A stretch of DNA of 40,936 nucleotides from a virus (lineage: Duplodnaviria > Caudoviricetes), in IMG/VR virus record IMGVR_UViG_3300043429_000523, positions 1-40,936 of that record. One strand, written 5' to 3'. Positions 1 through 8,561 of the stretch are shown here, piece after piece. The translations under genes and the position numbers were made by a program. The first letter of the stretch is position 1, and the number at the start of each line of letters is the position of its first letter. The notes below the pieces were generated by a model. That model worked only from the letters and a program-made list of their open reading frames with translations. It ran no database searches and was not told the DNA's origin.

Positions 1-127
1 AAATCCGGAAAAGACAAGTTCCGCCAGCTCAAAGGCGTGTTCACCGAATCGGCCGAGGAACTGATCTACACCCAGGCCCGCAAGCAACTGGCCGAACTTC
101 TGGAAGACGAGGCAGCAGCATGAACCA
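1..127. repeat. Terminal direct repeat, copy 1 (identical to 40810-40936); circular assembly overlap
   Basis: AAATCCGGAAAAGACAAG...GCAGCATGAACCA appears at both ends; 127 nt is a typical assembler k-mer overlap. Confidence 0.95.
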
Positions 128-302
128 CACCACAAAACGCTTTTCCAGAACGCTTGACGAGGCTTTCGGTTTGGATGCTCGCAGCGCCTACCCAATCGAA
201 CGCCACCGGGTTTCGGTGTGGGAGCGCTTGGCAGATGTGTCCCTCGCAGTCGTGATTGGTTTTTCACTCGCCATTGGCGCGGTTCAATATTTTGTGGGGT
301 GA
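120..302 (+). CDS. Small hypothetical protein with C-terminal TM helix
   Basis: ATGA overlap with the upstream ORF; hydrophobic C-terminus VSLAVVIGFSLAIGAVQYF. Confidence 0.7.
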   Translation: MNHTTKRFSRTLDEAFGLDARSAYPIERHRVSVWERLADVSLAVVIGFSLAIGAVQYFVG

Positions 303-305
303 ATC

Positions 306-548
306 ATGGAAATCGAAACCACCGTTGCAGGCGGGTTGCCCTGCATTGCCAGGGTCACGAGTTATTCCGAATACCGCTGCAACAGCCGCGGGCATATCGA
401 CACCTGGTTGCCCGACGACCCCGACGATCTGGAGTTTGAACTCCTGACAACCAAAGGCAAGCCCGCTGAGTGGATTGAAACCCGCGCCTCCTATGCGGAC
501 TGGAAGCGCATTGAAGCCGAGCTGCTCGAAGCCATCAACGACATCTAA
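306..548 (+). CDS. Hypothetical phage protein
   Basis: 80 aa, tightly packed in the early operon. Confidence 0.7.
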   Translation: MEIETTVAGGLPCIARVTSYSEYRCNSRGHIDTWLPDDPDDLEFELLTTKGKPAEWIETRASYADWKRIEAELLEAINDI

Positions 549-559
549 CAGGAACCATC

Positions 560-1309
560 ATGAGCAACATCGCCCTCTCCAACGCCGCCAAACTCGCCAC
601 CACGCTGGGCATTCAAGGCGAAGCCCAAGAACTCATCACCACCCTCAAGGCCACCGCCTTCAAAGGCCCAGTCAACGACAGCCAAATGGCAGCCTTGCTG
701 CTTGTGGCCAGCCAGTACCAGCTCAACCCCTGGACCAAAGAGATTTACGCCTTCCCTGACCGCAACAACGGCATCGTTCCTGTGGTGGGGGTAGATGGCT
801 GGAGCCGCATCATCAACAGCCACAGCGAGTTCGATGGCATGGACTTCGAGCAAGACGCTGAATCCTGCACCTGCATCATCTACCGCAAAGACCGCAGCCA
901 CCCCATCAAGGTGACTGAATGGATGGAGGAATGCAAACGCGACGGTGTTGGGCCATGGAAATCCCACCCCCGCCGCATGCTCCGGCACAAAGCCATGATC
1001 CAGTGCGCTCGCCTGGCCTTCGGTTTTGTGGGTGTATTCGATCAAGACGAGGCCGAGCGCATTGTCGAGGCCACCACCTCCCGCCCAATCGACCCCCAAA
1101 CCGGCGAAATCGTCACCTTCGATGTGACCTCCGCCCTGGACGAAGTTGAGGCAGCTCAAAGCGTTGAAGCGCTGCAAGACGTGTGGAAGCGCCGTGGTGC
1201 AGAAGCAGTGGCAGCCAAAGACAAAGGCGGTCACGCAGCCCTCAAAGATGCGGTCAAAGAGCGCAAGGCTGTGCTGGAAGGCGTTGTGGATGCAGAGGTG
1301 AAGGCATGA
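560..1309 (+). CDS. bet: Red-beta single-strand annealing recombinase
   Basis: Lambda Bet motifs LNPWTKEIYAFPD, GIVPVVGVDGWSRIIN, PWKSHPRRMLRHKAMIQCARLAFG. Confidence 0.95.
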   Translation: MSNIALSNAAKLATTLGIQGEAQELITTLKATAFKGPVNDSQMAALLLVASQYQLNPWTKEIYAFPDRNNGIVPVVGVDGWSRIINSHSEFDGMDFEQDAESCTCIIYRKDRSHPIKVTEWMEECKRDGVGPWKSHPRRMLRHKAMIQCARLAFGFVGVFDQDEAERIVEATTSRPIDPQTGEIVTFDVTSALDEVEAAQSVEALQDVWKRRGAEAVAAKDKGGHAALKDAVKERKAVLEGVVDAEVKA

Positions 1310-1932
1310 GAGTCGTCACAGCAGCCCAAGGCACCCCCGAATGGCATGCCGCCCACATCGGCGTGCCCTCCGGCTCCCACTTCAGCGACATCATGGCCAA
1401 AGGCACTGGCGTCACCCGCCAGAACTACCTCACCGCCATCGCCCTGGAGCGTATCACCGGGGTTCGCGAAGAGTTCAAAGCCACCAAAGCAATGGAAGAC
1501 GGCGTTGAGCGCGAACCCTTTGCCCGCGCCAGCTACGAAGCCATGACCGGCGAGATTGTGGACGAAATCGGCTTCTGCCTGCACGACCAGCTCCAGTGTG
1601 GCGTCAGCCCAGACGGCCTTGTAAACGGCAACGGCATGACTGAATACAAGTGCCCGCAACCCAAGACGCACCTGGAATACATGCGCCTCGAAAAAGGCAA
1701 ATGCCCCTCCGCCTACCGCTGGCAGGTGCTGGGCCAACTCTGGGTAGCCGAGCGCGAGTGGTGCGACTTTGTGTCCTACCACCCCGACTTTCCCGAGTCC
1801 GCCCGCCTCGTTGTTCGTCGTGTCTACCGCGACGACAAAGCCATCAAAGAACTGGAGTCCGAAGTCGTCCGGTTCTTGGAAGACGTGGAAAAAGAAGTCG
1901 ATTTCATCCGTAACTACCAAGAGGCAGCATGA
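1306..1932 (+). CDS. exo: Lambda-exonuclease/YqaJ family exonuclease
   Basis: QGTPEW, G-x-x-x-EP, SPDGLV, E-x-KCP, Y-x-x-Q motifs; ATGA overlap with bet. Confidence 0.92.
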   Translation: MRVVTAAQGTPEWHAAHIGVPSGSHFSDIMAKGTGVTRQNYLTAIALERITGVREEFKATKAMEDGVEREPFARASYEAMTGEIVDEIGFCLHDQLQCGVSPDGLVNGNGMTEYKCPQPKTHLEYMRLEKGKCPSAYRWQVLGQLWVAEREWCDFVSYHPDFPESARLVVRRVYRDDKAIKELESEVVRFLEDVEKEVDFIRNYQEAA

Positions 1933-2381
1933 CCAACTACCAAAAAACCGCCCAATGGCTCCAAGCCTGCGGCAAAGAACCCGGCAACGATCAGCACATC
2001 AACACCCAAGTGGGGTGTGCCATCGAGGAGTTTTGTGAATTCCTTTCGGTGCTGCGCAGCCCCAGTGAGGGTTACGCCAAATTGATAGAGCGCACCCGCA
2101 TCGACCTGGACTGGTTTGCCGGAAAGCTCAAGCGGGGTGAGCAATCGGTTTACGTGCCCATCCACCTGCGTGAATTCGCCCTAGATGCCCTGTGTGACGT
2201 GGAAGTCACGATCAACGGCGTGGCCTATTTGATGGGATTCGACAAAGACGCAGCCGATCAAGAAGTGTTGCGCAGTAACAACAGCAAGCTCAACGCCGAT
2301 GGCACCGCCGTGATTTTGCCAGGCGGAAAAGTGGGTAAGTCAGAGCTGTACACCCCACCCAACCTTACCCCCTTTATTTGA
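1929..2381 (+). CDS. MazG-like / PRA-PH-like NTP pyrophosphohydrolase
   Basis: EE-x-x-E and DAL-x-D acidic motifs; SN-x-SK...GKV-x-K...Y-x-PP-x-L C-terminus. Confidence 0.8.
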   Translation: MTNYQKTAQWLQACGKEPGNDQHINTQVGCAIEEFCEFLSVLRSPSEGYAKLIERTRIDLDWFAGKLKRGEQSVYVPIHLREFALDALCDVEVTINGVAYLMGFDKDAADQEVLRSNNSKLNADGTAVILPGGKVGKSELYTPPNLTPFI

Positions 2382-2390
2382 AAGCACCCC

Positions 2391-2852
2391 ATGTCATCAG
2401 TCAACAAAGTCATCATCATTGGCAACTGTGGCCGCGACCCGGAAATCCGCTACCTCCCCTCCGGTCAGGCTGTGGCCAATGTGAGCGTGGCCACCACCAG
2501 CCGCCGCAAAGACAAAGCCACCGGCGAAACCATCGAGGACACCCAATGGCACCGGGTCACGCTTTATGAGCGACTGGCTGAAATCGCTGGCGAGTACCTC
2601 AAAAAAGGCAAGCCCGTCTATATCGAAGGACGCCTCAAGTACGGCAAGTTCACCAACAAAGACGGTGTTGAGCAAAACACCTGCGACATCGTGGCCACCG
2701 AGATGCAGCTTCTTGGCGGTCGGGATGACGCACAACAATCCAGCGCCCCCGCACAGCGCCCAGCCGCCCAGGCTCAGCGAACTGCTGCACCAGCACGCCC
2801 AGCCCCAGCTTCCAGCGGGTTCGATGACATGGACTCAGACATCCCGTTTTAA
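2391..2852 (+). CDS. ssb: Single-stranded DNA-binding protein
   Basis: [21 protein letters not shown] motifs; acidic DDMDSDIPF tail. Confidence 0.97.
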   Translation: MSSVNKVIIIGNCGRDPEIRYLPSGQAVANVSVATTSRRKDKATGETIEDTQWHRVTLYERLAEIAGEYLKKGKPVYIEGRLKYGKFTNKDGVEQNTCDIVATEMQLLGGRDDAQQSSAPAQRPAAQAQRTAAPARPAPASSGFDDMDSDIPF

Positions 2853-2855
2853 GCC

Positions 2856-3251
2856 ATGAGTTTCAACAACCGCACCGCACAAACCTCCCGTTTCAGGCTG
2901 GAACTGGAGGAGTGGCTGGTAGACCAAACCCAGCCCATCACCAAAAAGCGCATGGCCGAGTATTTTGGGGTTGGCCCCGAAGTGATCGGTCTGGCGATTG
3001 ATCGCTTGATGGAGCTTGGCAAAGTGGTCAGCACCATCCCAAACAGTCCCAAAACCGCCTACATCCTGACCTCCAACTTCGTCAACTTTGCCAGCAAGTC
3101 AGGCAAAACCCCTGCCAACACGGTCAACAAAATGGGCGGGGTGTACGACGGCAAAGAACTCAAACCCTTCGACGGACGGCCCAACTGCAACCAACACATG
3201 CTCCACCCCAGTTTGATGGGGAGCAGGCGCGTTTACCCAATCAAGCCATGA
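2856..3251 (+). CDS. Hypothetical protein, possible N-terminal winged HTH
   Basis: ITKKRMAEYFGVGPEVIGLAIDRLMELGKV looks HTH-like. Confidence 0.6.
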   Translation: MSFNNRTAQTSRFRLELEEWLVDQTQPITKKRMAEYFGVGPEVIGLAIDRLMELGKVVSTIPNSPKTAYILTSNFVNFASKSGKTPANTVNKMGGVYDGKELKPFDGRPNCNQHMLHPSLMGSRRVYPIKP

Positions 3252-3559
3252 CCAAGACCAAATTTGCCAACAACGTCAACCCCTTCACCGGCCTCAAAGT
3301 AGGGGCAGTGGATGTGTCAAAACTGCGCATCAGCAACGACCCGATTCTCAGAGCCCGAGCCGTACCCCTCAGCAAGTACGACTCGGTTTTTTCAGCACTC
3401 AAACCCGGTCAGTGCATTGTGTGCGAAGACGGCAGCGCCCCAAAAATTAAAACCGCTTTGGACAAATGGTTAGAACACCGCGGTTCCAAGTTCGTGACCA
3501 AGGCCATGGCCCGTTATACCGATGGCAAAGGCCGCGTTTGGCTGCTGGAGGACCAATGA
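3248..3559 (+). CDS. Hypothetical protein
   Basis: ATGA overlaps on both sides. Confidence 0.7.
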   Translation: MTKTKFANNVNPFTGLKVGAVDVSKLRISNDPILRARAVPLSKYDSVFSALKPGQCIVCEDGSAPKIKTALDKWLEHRGSKFVTKAMARYTDGKGRVWLLEDQ

Positions 3560-4050
3560 GAAAACGCAGCAAGTACCGGCCCAAACCGGTCTACGTCAAC
3601 GCCATAGAGCGCGCACTTGAATCAGTGTCACCGCTGGCCACAGAGCATGCAGATTACTTGAGCGAACTCAAGATCAAAAACCACCTCGCCATGCAAGCCC
3701 TCACCAGGGGCGAAGCAGAAAAGCGCGACATGGACCTGCTCATCGCCATGGCCAACATCATGGAAGCGTTCAGGCTCATGGAAATCTGCACACCCCTGGC
3801 CGACGAAATCGCCCAGGGTCGCCGTGCGCTGATCGACATTGCCGTCAGAGCAGTGAGCAAGCTCAAGTTCCTGGCCACCGGGCCAGAGATTGTGGCGCTC
3901 AACACCTTGATGGAACTGCATGACGAGTTGATCCCGCACATCACGGTCACGCAAATGGAGCAAGGCATCGCCTTGGCGAAACGAATCATTCAAAAAGGGC
4001 ATGCCACTGTGCTGCCCGATGTTGAGGAAGTTATGGAGTTGATGAAATGA
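3556..4050 (+). CDS. Hypothetical phage protein (MRKRSKYRPKPV...)
   Basis: Start reassigned to ATG 3556 (GGAGG RBS, ATGA overlap). Confidence 0.75.
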   Translation: MRKRSKYRPKPVYVNAIERALESVSPLATEHADYLSELKIKNHLAMQALTRGEAEKRDMDLLIAMANIMEAFRLMEICTPLADEIAQGRRALIDIAVRAVSKLKFLATGPEIVALNTLMELHDELIPHITVTQMEQGIALAKRIIQKGHATVLPDVEEVMELMK

Positions 4051-4379
4051 ATACACAACACACACCGGGGCCGTGGACATTTACCCGCCGCGAGGACTAT
4101 AGGAATGTCAGCTTTTATGTGGCACAACAAGATGATGCCCCATACACACCCGATTACTCTGATGTTGCTACATTGATTGCCGAGACGGCGCGTTCTGAAC
4201 GCGAAATAATTCAGGAGGCCAACGCCCGCCTGATCGCAGCCGCGCCTGATTTGCTGGCAGCGCTTCAAGTCGTCCTGCGAGATTACACGGCAGTACACGA
4301 CATCGGCGACGTCGAAATGCAGCCAGCGCTGTATCAGGCCCGCGCCGCCATCACCAAAGCAACCGGGGAGCAAGCATGA
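4047..4379 (+). CDS. Hypothetical phage early protein (HTPGPW...ANARLIAAAPDLL type)
   Basis: Peptide signatures recurrent in phage early ORFs; ATGA overlaps. Confidence 0.8.
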   Translation: MNTQHTPGPWTFTRREDYRNVSFYVAQQDDAPYTPDYSDVATLIAETARSEREIIQEANARLIAAAPDLLAALQVVLRDYTAVHDIGDVEMQPALYQARAAITKATGEQA

Positions 4380-4606
4380 ACTGCGACGACTACTGCTGCA
4401 ACCACGGGTGCAATCAGGGCCGCACCTGCCCGGCCCGCATCCGCAAAGTAAAAGCCGGCGGACCACCACCCGATGACATGGAAATCCCGATTCAGTTTTG
4501 GGATGAGCCAATAGATCAGCCCATGTGGCCTGAAATTGCCGCAGCCGTTGGGCTGGTGGTTACTGCTTTTGCAATCATTGCTGTTACAGCTTGGGGGTGG
4601 TTATGA
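4376..4606 (+). CDS. Small Cys-rich protein with C-terminal TM helix
   Basis: CDDYCCNHGCNQGRTCP N-terminus; hydrophobic C-terminus. Confidence 0.7.
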   Translation: MNCDDYCCNHGCNQGRTCPARIRKVKAGGPPPDDMEIPIQFWDEPIDQPMWPEIAAAVGLVVTAFAIIAVTAWGWL

Positions 4607-4872
4607 GCAACAAAAACAACGGCGGGCCAGCGTTTCCGGCCTTTGAACACCATGCAGGTTATGGGCAAATGATGGCAGTCGGAGGCATGACCCTGCGTGA
4701 CTACTTTGCGGCCAAGGCGATGCCGCTTGCGCTTGAAGACTACCGATTGACCATCTGCGCATCTGACATTGACCCGCTGCCAGAGTGGGACCCTCGGTTC
4801 TGTTTATCAGTAATTGCGCTAAGGGCCTACAAGTTGGCCGACGCAATGCTGGCGGCAAGGAATGCCAAATGA
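4603..4872 (+). CDS. Hypothetical phage protein (GGPAFP...GMTLRDYFAAKAM type)
   Basis: Common phage family signature ending AYKLADAMLAAR; ATG at 4603. Confidence 0.8.
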   Translation: MSNKNNGGPAFPAFEHHAGYGQMMAVGGMTLRDYFAAKAMPLALEDYRLTICASDIDPLPEWDPRFCLSVIALRAYKLADAMLAARNAK

Positions 4873-5021
4873 ACGCCTTTACCCAAAAGCCCGACGTTTC
4901 CGGGTTCGTGAAAGCGGCCAAGCAGTCAAAAAAGGCCAGCCAGGCAGGAACAAAAACCGCAGAGCGCCACAGTGTTTTGCGCACCAGCAGCCTGCCGATT
5001 TTCAAGAAGGAAAAGAAATGA
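4869..5021 (+). CDS. Small basic hypothetical protein (50 aa)
   Basis: ATGA overlaps at both ends. Confidence 0.6.
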   Translation: MNAFTQKPDVSGFVKAAKQSKKASQAGTKTAERHSVLRTSSLPIFKKEKK

Positions 5022-5314
5022 CACGCGAAGAAATCATTGAAATGGCGCGGGAGGCAAACATCAAGCAGGCGATTGAAACACCACATCTGCTGATGGTGCA
5101 TGAACTCGAACGCTTCGCCACCCTTGTTGCAGCAGCCGAGCGAAAAGCCTGCGCTTTGATTTGTGACGACATTGAAACCGACCGCTGGGCGCTGTTCAAA
5201 GGTCGTGAACCGTACACCGGCAAAGAGGCCGACCGGGGCAGCAATTACGTGCAAGGTGAGAGTGATGGCGCAGGAAAGTGTGCAGATGCCATCCGAGCAA
5301 GGAGCAACACATGA
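5018..5314 (+). CDS. Hypothetical phage protein (MTREEIIEMAREA...)
   Basis: LERFATLVAAAERKACA...ADAIRAR signature; ATG at 5018. Confidence 0.75.
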   Translation: MTREEIIEMAREANIKQAIETPHLLMVHELERFATLVAAAERKACALICDDIETDRWALFKGREPYTGKEADRGSNYVQGESDGAGKCADAIRARSNT

Positions 5315-5508
5315 GCGCAGTCACACAAGCCGATCAGATGAACGACGCCCTACGGATTCAAGCCCTGCAAGCGGCACTTGACCAAGCCAACATGATGCTG
5401 ATTGAGCAGCGCGAGGTGATGCAGTTGGCGTTGGAGGCGCTGGAAGCCTGCTGCGGCTGGCCCAAAGTCATTGATGCACTGCGCGAAGTGCTGGGAGAAG
5501 CAGAATGA
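5311..5508 (+). CDS. Small coiled-coil hypothetical protein
   Basis: AAGGAG RBS; ATGA overlaps. Confidence 0.65.
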   Translation: MSAVTQADQMNDALRIQALQAALDQANMMLIEQREVMQLALEALEACCGWPKVIDALREVLGEAE

Positions 5509-5810
5509 AATGCAACCGCTGCGGAAAAGAAAACCCCGCCGAGATTCACACATGCACGGCCCCGCTGGCTATTGCGCTGGCTGAAAGATTGGACGTACCA
5601 CCCGGTGCGCCGCTGTTTGTAGATGCCGCCACAGAACTTCGCAGACTTCATGCTGAAAACGAGGCGCTAAAACGGGCACTGAAAGAGGCCGGGCTGTTTC
5701 TGCACCATGCGTGGTGTGATGTGCAGATGAACAATTACTCGTTTGAGAAGCTGAACAAGACGATGGAAGTCGTTGACGCCGCCCTCACACGGGCAGGAGA
5801 AATGAAATGA
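5505..5810 (+). CDS. Hypothetical protein with N-terminal CxxC zinc-finger-like motif
   Basis: CNRCG...HTC; AATELRRLHAENEAL coiled coil. Confidence 0.7.
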   Translation: MKCNRCGKENPAEIHTCTAPLAIALAERLDVPPGAPLFVDAATELRRLHAENEALKRALKEAGLFLHHAWCDVQMNNYSFEKLNKTMEVVDAALTRAGEMK

Positions 5811-6325
5811 ACCAGATCGACAACATCATGGCGCTGGCTGATGAGTACGCCAAAGCTGCCGAAGAAACAGGCTACATTCGGCCAACACGCCAAGCCCTCC
5901 GCGCCGCCATCGAGCAGGCGCTTGCAGTGCAGCCCAAGCAGGAGCCTGTGGCTTGGCGTTGGAAATACAGATTCAAAGACATCGGCGAAACTGGTGCGTA
6001 TGAATACCATTCGCACGAATTTGCTGCGCTGAACAACATGCCAAATGGCGAACCACTCTACACAGCACCCCAGCCGCAGCCCGAGAAACGCCCACAAAAC
6101 TGCGGCACCGGGTTCTGTTCGTGTATTGAGTGCCCGTATTCCGACCATTTTGCCGACGCTGGCAAACCGATGGAGCGCGAGTGGGTGGGGCTTACGGACG
6201 AGGAGATTGACGGTCTTGATTACCTTGTTGAGGCTACGGGCTATTGCTCGGACAACCTTGGTGTGGAAGGGACAAAAGACTTTGCTCACGCCATCGAAGC
6301 CAAACTACGCGAAAAGAACACATGA
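5807..6325 (+). CDS. Mosaic hypothetical phage protein
   Basis: QEPVAW, PLYTAP and EWVGLTDEEI modules; ATGA overlaps. Confidence 0.75.
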   Translation: MNQIDNIMALADEYAKAAEETGYIRPTRQALRAAIEQALAVQPKQEPVAWRWKYRFKDIGETGAYEYHSHEFAALNNMPNGEPLYTAPQPQPEKRPQNCGTGFCSCIECPYSDHFADAGKPMEREWVGLTDEEIDGLDYLVEATGYCSDNLGVEGTKDFAHAIEAKLREKNT

Positions 6326-6663
6326 AGCAAATCAAAGTCAACGCCATCATGTACGCCCAGCTTATCAAGTACATGCTCGAAGGTGAACACACTTGCCAAG
6401 AGCTTGCGGAATTGTGTGGCGCGCACTACGTCACCGTCCTGCAATACACCCGCGAACTGTACGCTGCCGGAGCCGCACACATCTGCGAATGGCAGCAAGA
6501 TTCACGAGGCCGAGACTGTGTGAAGGTTTACAAGATCGGCCCAGGCAAAGACGCGAAACGAGAAGCCATGAGCGGGGCCGAACGGCAGGCCCGCAGACGG
6601 TCAAAGACTGCGCATCTGACCATGCTGCACGCACTGGCCACCCCCATAGGAGCAACTGCATGA
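6322..6663 (+). CDS. Winged-helix DNA-binding protein
   Basis: TCQELAELCGAHYVTVLQYTREL HTH followed by a beta wing. Confidence 0.65.
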   Translation: MKQIKVNAIMYAQLIKYMLEGEHTCQELAELCGAHYVTVLQYTRELYAAGAAHICEWQQDSRGRDCVKVYKIGPGKDAKREAMSGAERQARRRSKTAHLTMLHALATPIGATA

Positions 6664-6881
6664 CCGACCTCGCCCTGCAAAAAATCGACCGCCTCACCGA
6701 AGCCGTGGCCATGCTCGCTCGCACCCAGGGCGCACGCCTCACCCGGCAAGAGGTGCAAGACCGGCTGCGCATCAGCAGCCCCACCCTGCGCCAGCGCATC
6801 CGGGATGGTCAATTCCCGCCGCCCAACGCCGACGGCAAATGGATGTTGGCCGACATCATCCACTGGGAGGCCCGGCACTAA
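6660..6881 (+). CDS. Excisionase / AlpA-like recombination directionality factor
   Basis: LTRQEVQDRLRISSPTLRQRIRDGQFPPP..GKW motif; adjacent to integrase. Confidence 0.8.
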   Translation: MTDLALQKIDRLTEAVAMLARTQGARLTRQEVQDRLRISSPTLRQRIRDGQFPPPNADGKWMLADIIHWEARH

Positions 6882-7873
6882 CCCAACCTCGCGGCCAACT
6901 GGCTGGCCGTGGGGTTGTAATACACCAGCGCCATGCTCACGTTCTTCCAGCCAAAAATCTTGCACAGCGACAGCGCATCCACCTTTTTGGCCATCATCGT
7001 TGCCGACGTGTGCCGCGTGTCGTGGAACGTGAACCCACTCAAACCCGCACGTTGGCGCGCCCTGCGGTACAGCGCATCCAAGGTTTGCGACTGCACCCCC
7101 AGCACCAACACCGGGTCCCACCCACGACAGCGTTCAATCAACTTGAGCGCTACCGTCGAAAGCGGCACATTGCGAGCCGAACCATTCTTCGTTCTGGGCA
7201 AACGGCAATAGGTGCCCTTCACATTCGCCCAGGTCAGGCCGCACAACTCCCCCGCCCGCATCCCAGTGGCCAATGCCAGCAGCATCGCCATCGCCACCGC
7301 GTCACTCATAGACCGCACCGGTCCGCCCGAATAGCGCAGCGACCTCAGCATGCCGCGCACCTCATACCCCAGAAGCACCCGCTCCCGGTGATCCGGCGCT
7401 TGCGGTTTGCGTACATCCTCCAGCGGGTTCACCGCAATCCACCCCCATTCGCGCCTCGCAACTTCCAGCACAGAACCCACCAGGTTCATCTCGCGCAGCA
7501 CAGTCCCCGCCGAAACCACCTTCATCCTGGAATCACGCCAAGCCGCCAAGTCCGCAACGGTCACATCCGCCAGTCTTTTTTGGGCCGGGAACTCCTTGTG
7601 CTCCTCGCTTTCCTTGAACGCCGTGAACCTCAGCAACTCCCAGCGCGTGCCTTGGTGTTGTGGCGACACCACCCGCCCGTACTCGTCCAGCGCATCGGCT
7701 AAGGTTTTCTGCTTCCCAATGGGGAGTTCAGCCGCCCGAAGCAACTCCGCTTCTCGCATGCCCGCCCATTGCTGGGCCTCTTTCTTGGTTTTGAACGTGG
7801 CGGAGTCGCGCTGGCCTTTGACAGACAGTTGGACCCTGTAACCACCGTCAGCGCGGGGTGTAATGCTGGCCAT
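6878..7873 (-). CDS. int: Tyrosine integrase (Rci-like phage integrase)
   Basis: TGMRAGE (R), TKNG (K), FHDTRH (HxxR), GWKN (W) and a downstream Tyr; start MASITP at 7873. Confidence 0.95.
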   Translation of the reverse strand: MASITPRADGGYRVQLSVKGQRDSATFKTKKEAQQWAGMREAELLRAAELPIGKQKTLADALDEYGRVVSPQHQGTRWELLRFTAFKESEEHKEFPAQKRLADVTVADLAAWRDSRMKVVSAGTVLREMNLVGSVLEVARREWGWIAVNPLEDVRKPQAPDHRERVLLGYEVRGMLRSLRYSGGPVRSMSDAVAMAMLLALATGMRAGELCGLTWANVKGTYCRLPRTKNGSARNVPLSTVALKLIERCRGWDPVLVLGVQSQTLDALYRRARQRAGLSGFTFHDTRHTSATMMAKKVDALSLCKIFGWKNVSMALVYYNPTASQLAARLG

Positions 7874-7880
7874 TTGGGGA

Positions 7881-8085
7881 GATGCGTGGGGAGTTTGTGG
7901 GGAATTTACCCTTCGCACTCTACCCCAAATGAGGAAAAAACGGGAAACTTGTCTGCGTTTTCCCTCTGGTTTTCACTCTATACGAGAAACTTGGGAAAAA
8001 TGCTGGTGCCTCTCTCCGGCACCAAAAACATCAATAAATCAACAACTTATAAAAACTTTGGGGAGTCTGAAATTCCCCACGCATC
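7881..8085. repeat. Putative integrase arm-type sites and IHF site flanking the core
   Basis: GATGCGTGGGGAGTTT (7881-7896) is inverted at 8070-8085 (15/16 match), with extra TGGGGA copies; AATCAACAACTTA (8037-8049) fits IHF consensus WATCAANNNNTTR. Confidence 0.7.
8004..8024. other. attP core: TGGTGCC-TCTCTCC-GGCACCA; tRNA 3'-end-like CCTCTCTCCGGCACCA
   Basis: Perfect 7-bp inverted repeat around a 7-bp spacer, ending in CCA; 130 bp upstream of int. Confidence 0.8.
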
Positions 8086-8144
8086 CGGGCGTGTTTCGCC
8101 CATGCCCCGTTGTCTCACGTCAGCAACAGTCCATCAAAGCCGCC

Positions 8145-8561
8145 TCAGCGGGCCACACCTTTCACCTTCTCAAAAGACCGCATACCACCCAAGCCAAGCA
8201 ACCCCACCAGCAGTTGCATGGTCAGTTCTGTGTCGATCACAGGAAACTCGCCCACGTAGCCAAAAGCCACCTTGGCAACGAATCGGGCAATAGGCTCGAT
8301 CAACGTGGCGTAGGCAAGGGCCAAGCCGCACACCCACATAATGAACGGCCTGCCACCGGCCACAAACCAGTTGGAGCTTTTGGCCGACTCCTTGTTGACC
8401 TCGATCTGAGCAAGATCGGTGGCTTGGTCAATGCGTCGGGCTTCCAGACCCAGCTTGCGGAACTCAATTTCTGCGTCCAGCCTTTCCTTGTCGCTGGTGA
8501 ACAAGTCGTCGGCGATCTTGGCCACCGAACCCACAATTTCCCCTACCAGTAGTGCGCTCAT
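8145..8561 (-). CDS. 3TM holin-family protein (gene-transfer-release type)
   Basis: QIEVNKESAKSSNWFVAGGRPFIMWVCG...GLLGLGGMRSFEK signature; ATGA overlap with the endolysin. Confidence 0.85.
   Translation of the reverse strand: MSALLVGEIVGSVAKIADDLFTSDKERLDAEIEFRKLGLEARRIDQATDLAQIEVNKESAKSSNWFVAGGRPFIMWVCGLALAYATLIEPIARFVAKVAFGYVGEFPVIDTELTMQLLVGLLGLGGMRSFEKVKGVAR

Noticed and set aside
1-127. Biological terminal repeat of the virion DNA
   Set aside because: It is exactly 127 nt and falls mid-gene in the early operon; an assembler circular overlap explains it better
6878-7873. Shufflon/invertase system (the integrase looks Rci-like)
   Set aside because: No inverted tail-fibre cassettes or repeated crossover sites seen; the adjacent Xis and attP indicate an ordinary integrase
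8004-8024. Complete tRNA gene
   Set aside because: Only a 16-nt 3'-end-like fragment is present; no D-arm, anticodon arm or TTCG loop
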